Shown here: in pieces, positions 62,742 to 64,000 of the stretch
Numbering within the stretch: position 1 is the first letter of the stretch
Layout of the letters: every line of letters starts with the position of its first letter
NCBI GenBank assembly: GCA_963666835.2
Contig: CAXXGO010000001.1
Span: forward strand, 512,001 to 576,000
DNA from: Phycisphaerae bacterium
GTDB taxonomy: Bacteria > Planctomycetota > Phycisphaerae > UBA1845
Length of the DNA stretch: 64,000 nucleotides
Direction of reading: 5' to 3'
Program-made: the position numbers and the translations under genes
Notes under the pieces: generated by a model
What the model saw: the letters and a program-made list of their open reading frames with translations, nothing else
Told to the model about the DNA's origin: nothing
Database searches by the model: none

Positions 62742-63782
62742 ATGACACCGCCAGTGCGAGATTATTATGAAGTGCTCGGTGTCTCGCGGACGACGGACGC
62801 CAAGGGGATCAAGCGCGCGTATCGAAAGCTGGCCCACAAGTGGCATCCGGACCGCAATAAGGCTCCGGAGGCAAGCGAGCGTTTCAAGGAGGTCACGCAG
62901 GCATACCGGGTCCTGTCGGATCTCAAAAAGCGGGCGCAGTACGACAAGTACGGACATGACTGGGAGCATGCCGAGGCGTACGAAGCGGCCGGCTTTGATC
63001 CGCGGGCTGGCAGTCAGGACGAACGTACTTATCGCGTTTACTATGCTCACGATGATCCGAATGAGGTAGGTGCCTTCGCTGATGTCCGCGAGCTCTTTGA
63101 GCAGGCCTTCAGGCAGCGCGCCCGAACGAGCTCTGTCGAGCTGAGAAACGTTACCGGCAAGCTCAGAGTTTCCCTCGGAGAGGCATTCAATGGCTGTCGC
63201 AGGGGCTTGCGGCTGGAGGTGCCAGAGCCCTGCCAAACCTGCCACGGGGCGGGCCATCTCAAGGGACGCCCATGTGAAGGGTGCGGTGGTGCGGGAGCCC
63301 AGAAGCGTGCACGGGAGATTGACGTGCGAGTGCCTCCCGGGGTCCGCGATGGCTCGGTCATTCGGCTGGCCGGTCAGGGAGTCGCGGGGCAGCGGGGGGA
63401 ACCTCCCGGAGATCTCTTGATCACGATACAAGTCGAGCCACACCCAGTGTTCCGCATCGCCGGTGATAACGTTGAACTCGACCTGCCGGTCACCCCGTGG
63501 GAATTGACTCTAGGCGCCGACGTCGACGTACCAGTTCTGACCGGGTCCGTAAGCCTGAGAATCCCTCCCGGTACGGCAAACGAGAGAACGCTGCGTTTAC
63601 GGAGGCAAGGCTGGCCCAAGCGAGATGGAACGCGAGGCGACTTGCTCGTGCGCCTCGTGGCCAGTGTTCCGCAAGCAGAGACGGATGAGCAGCGTGCCGC
63701 TTACCAGCGGCTAGCGGAATTGTTCCCGGCAGACGTACGAGCGAAATGGCGGCGGCGCGCCAAGACTCAAAGCCGAGAGTGA
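62742..63782 (+). CDS. DnaJ/CbpA-type co-chaperone
   Basis: DYYEVLG, HPD, two CxxCxGxG repeats, DnaJ C-terminal domain. Confidence 0.9.
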   Translation: MTPPVRDYYEVLGVSRTTDAKGIKRAYRKLAHKWHPDRNKAPEASERFKEVTQAYRVLSDLKKRAQYDKYGHDWEHAEAYEAAGFDPRAGSQDERTYRVYYAHDDPNEVGAFADVRELFEQAFRQRARTSSVELRNVTGKLRVSLGEAFNGCRRGLRLEVPEPCQTCHGAGHLKGRPCEGCGGAGAQKRAREIDVRVPPGVRDGSVIRLAGQGVAGQRGEPPGDLLITIQVEPHPVFRIAGDNVELDLPVTPWELTLGADVDVPVLTGSVSLRIPPGTANERTLRLRRQGWPKRDGTRGDLLVRLVASVPQAETDEQRAAYQRLAELFPADVRAKWRRRAKTQSRE

Positions 63783-63878
63783 TCGGTGATCGCGCGGTTT
63801 TGACTGCCGCTGCCATGGGCGTGGCCCCGACGCTTGCGTGAAGCGGGCATTACGGTCTTGTAAGAGAAAGGAAACTGC

Positions 63879-63911
63879 ATGGAACTGGGCATGATCGGAT
63901 TAGGGCGGATG
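63879..63911 (+). pseudogene. N-terminal remnant resembling 6-phosphogluconate dehydrogenase (gnd-type)
   Basis: RBS then 'MELGMIGLGRM'; similarity is lost immediately afterwards. Confidence 0.45.
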
Positions 63912-64000
63912 CCGGAACGGGGCAGGCTCGCCGCAGCCAACTCAGTTTCGCTTGAGGAGCCACCGGGCAGGAGCGTGGTCAATGGCAGCAAATGACGGGA

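Overview
GC-rich accessory region, most likely from a Planctomycetota genome (inferred from the gene families present). It reads as a mosaic of integrated elements. A tmRNA 3'-end fragment (att site) precedes a tyrosine integrase and excisionase-like genes. The cargo is a large set of stress and ion-homeostasis genes: 2x Hsp20, GroEL, DnaJ, SPFH/HflKC, USP, HPF-like proteins, BCP, 2x MgtE, CorA, a CNNM protein, a diadenylate cyclase/DHH phosphoesterase pair and a complete N-ATPase operon. There are several pseudogenes, an IS4 insertion and a nested IS21-in-IS1595 insertion, all with readable TIRs and target duplications. The most notable unexplained structure is a ~105-nt non-coding element present five times (9884, 13200, 15686, 33006, 48191). 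It folds as a conserved irregular hairpin overlapping an intrinsic terminator, follows a conserved promoter in 4 of 5 copies, and lies next to a DUF2294 (MpsC-family) gene in 4 of 5 copies. It is a candidate transcription-attenuation (antitermination or riboswitch) system that I do not recognise as described. All family calls are from motif recognition by eye; no searches were run.
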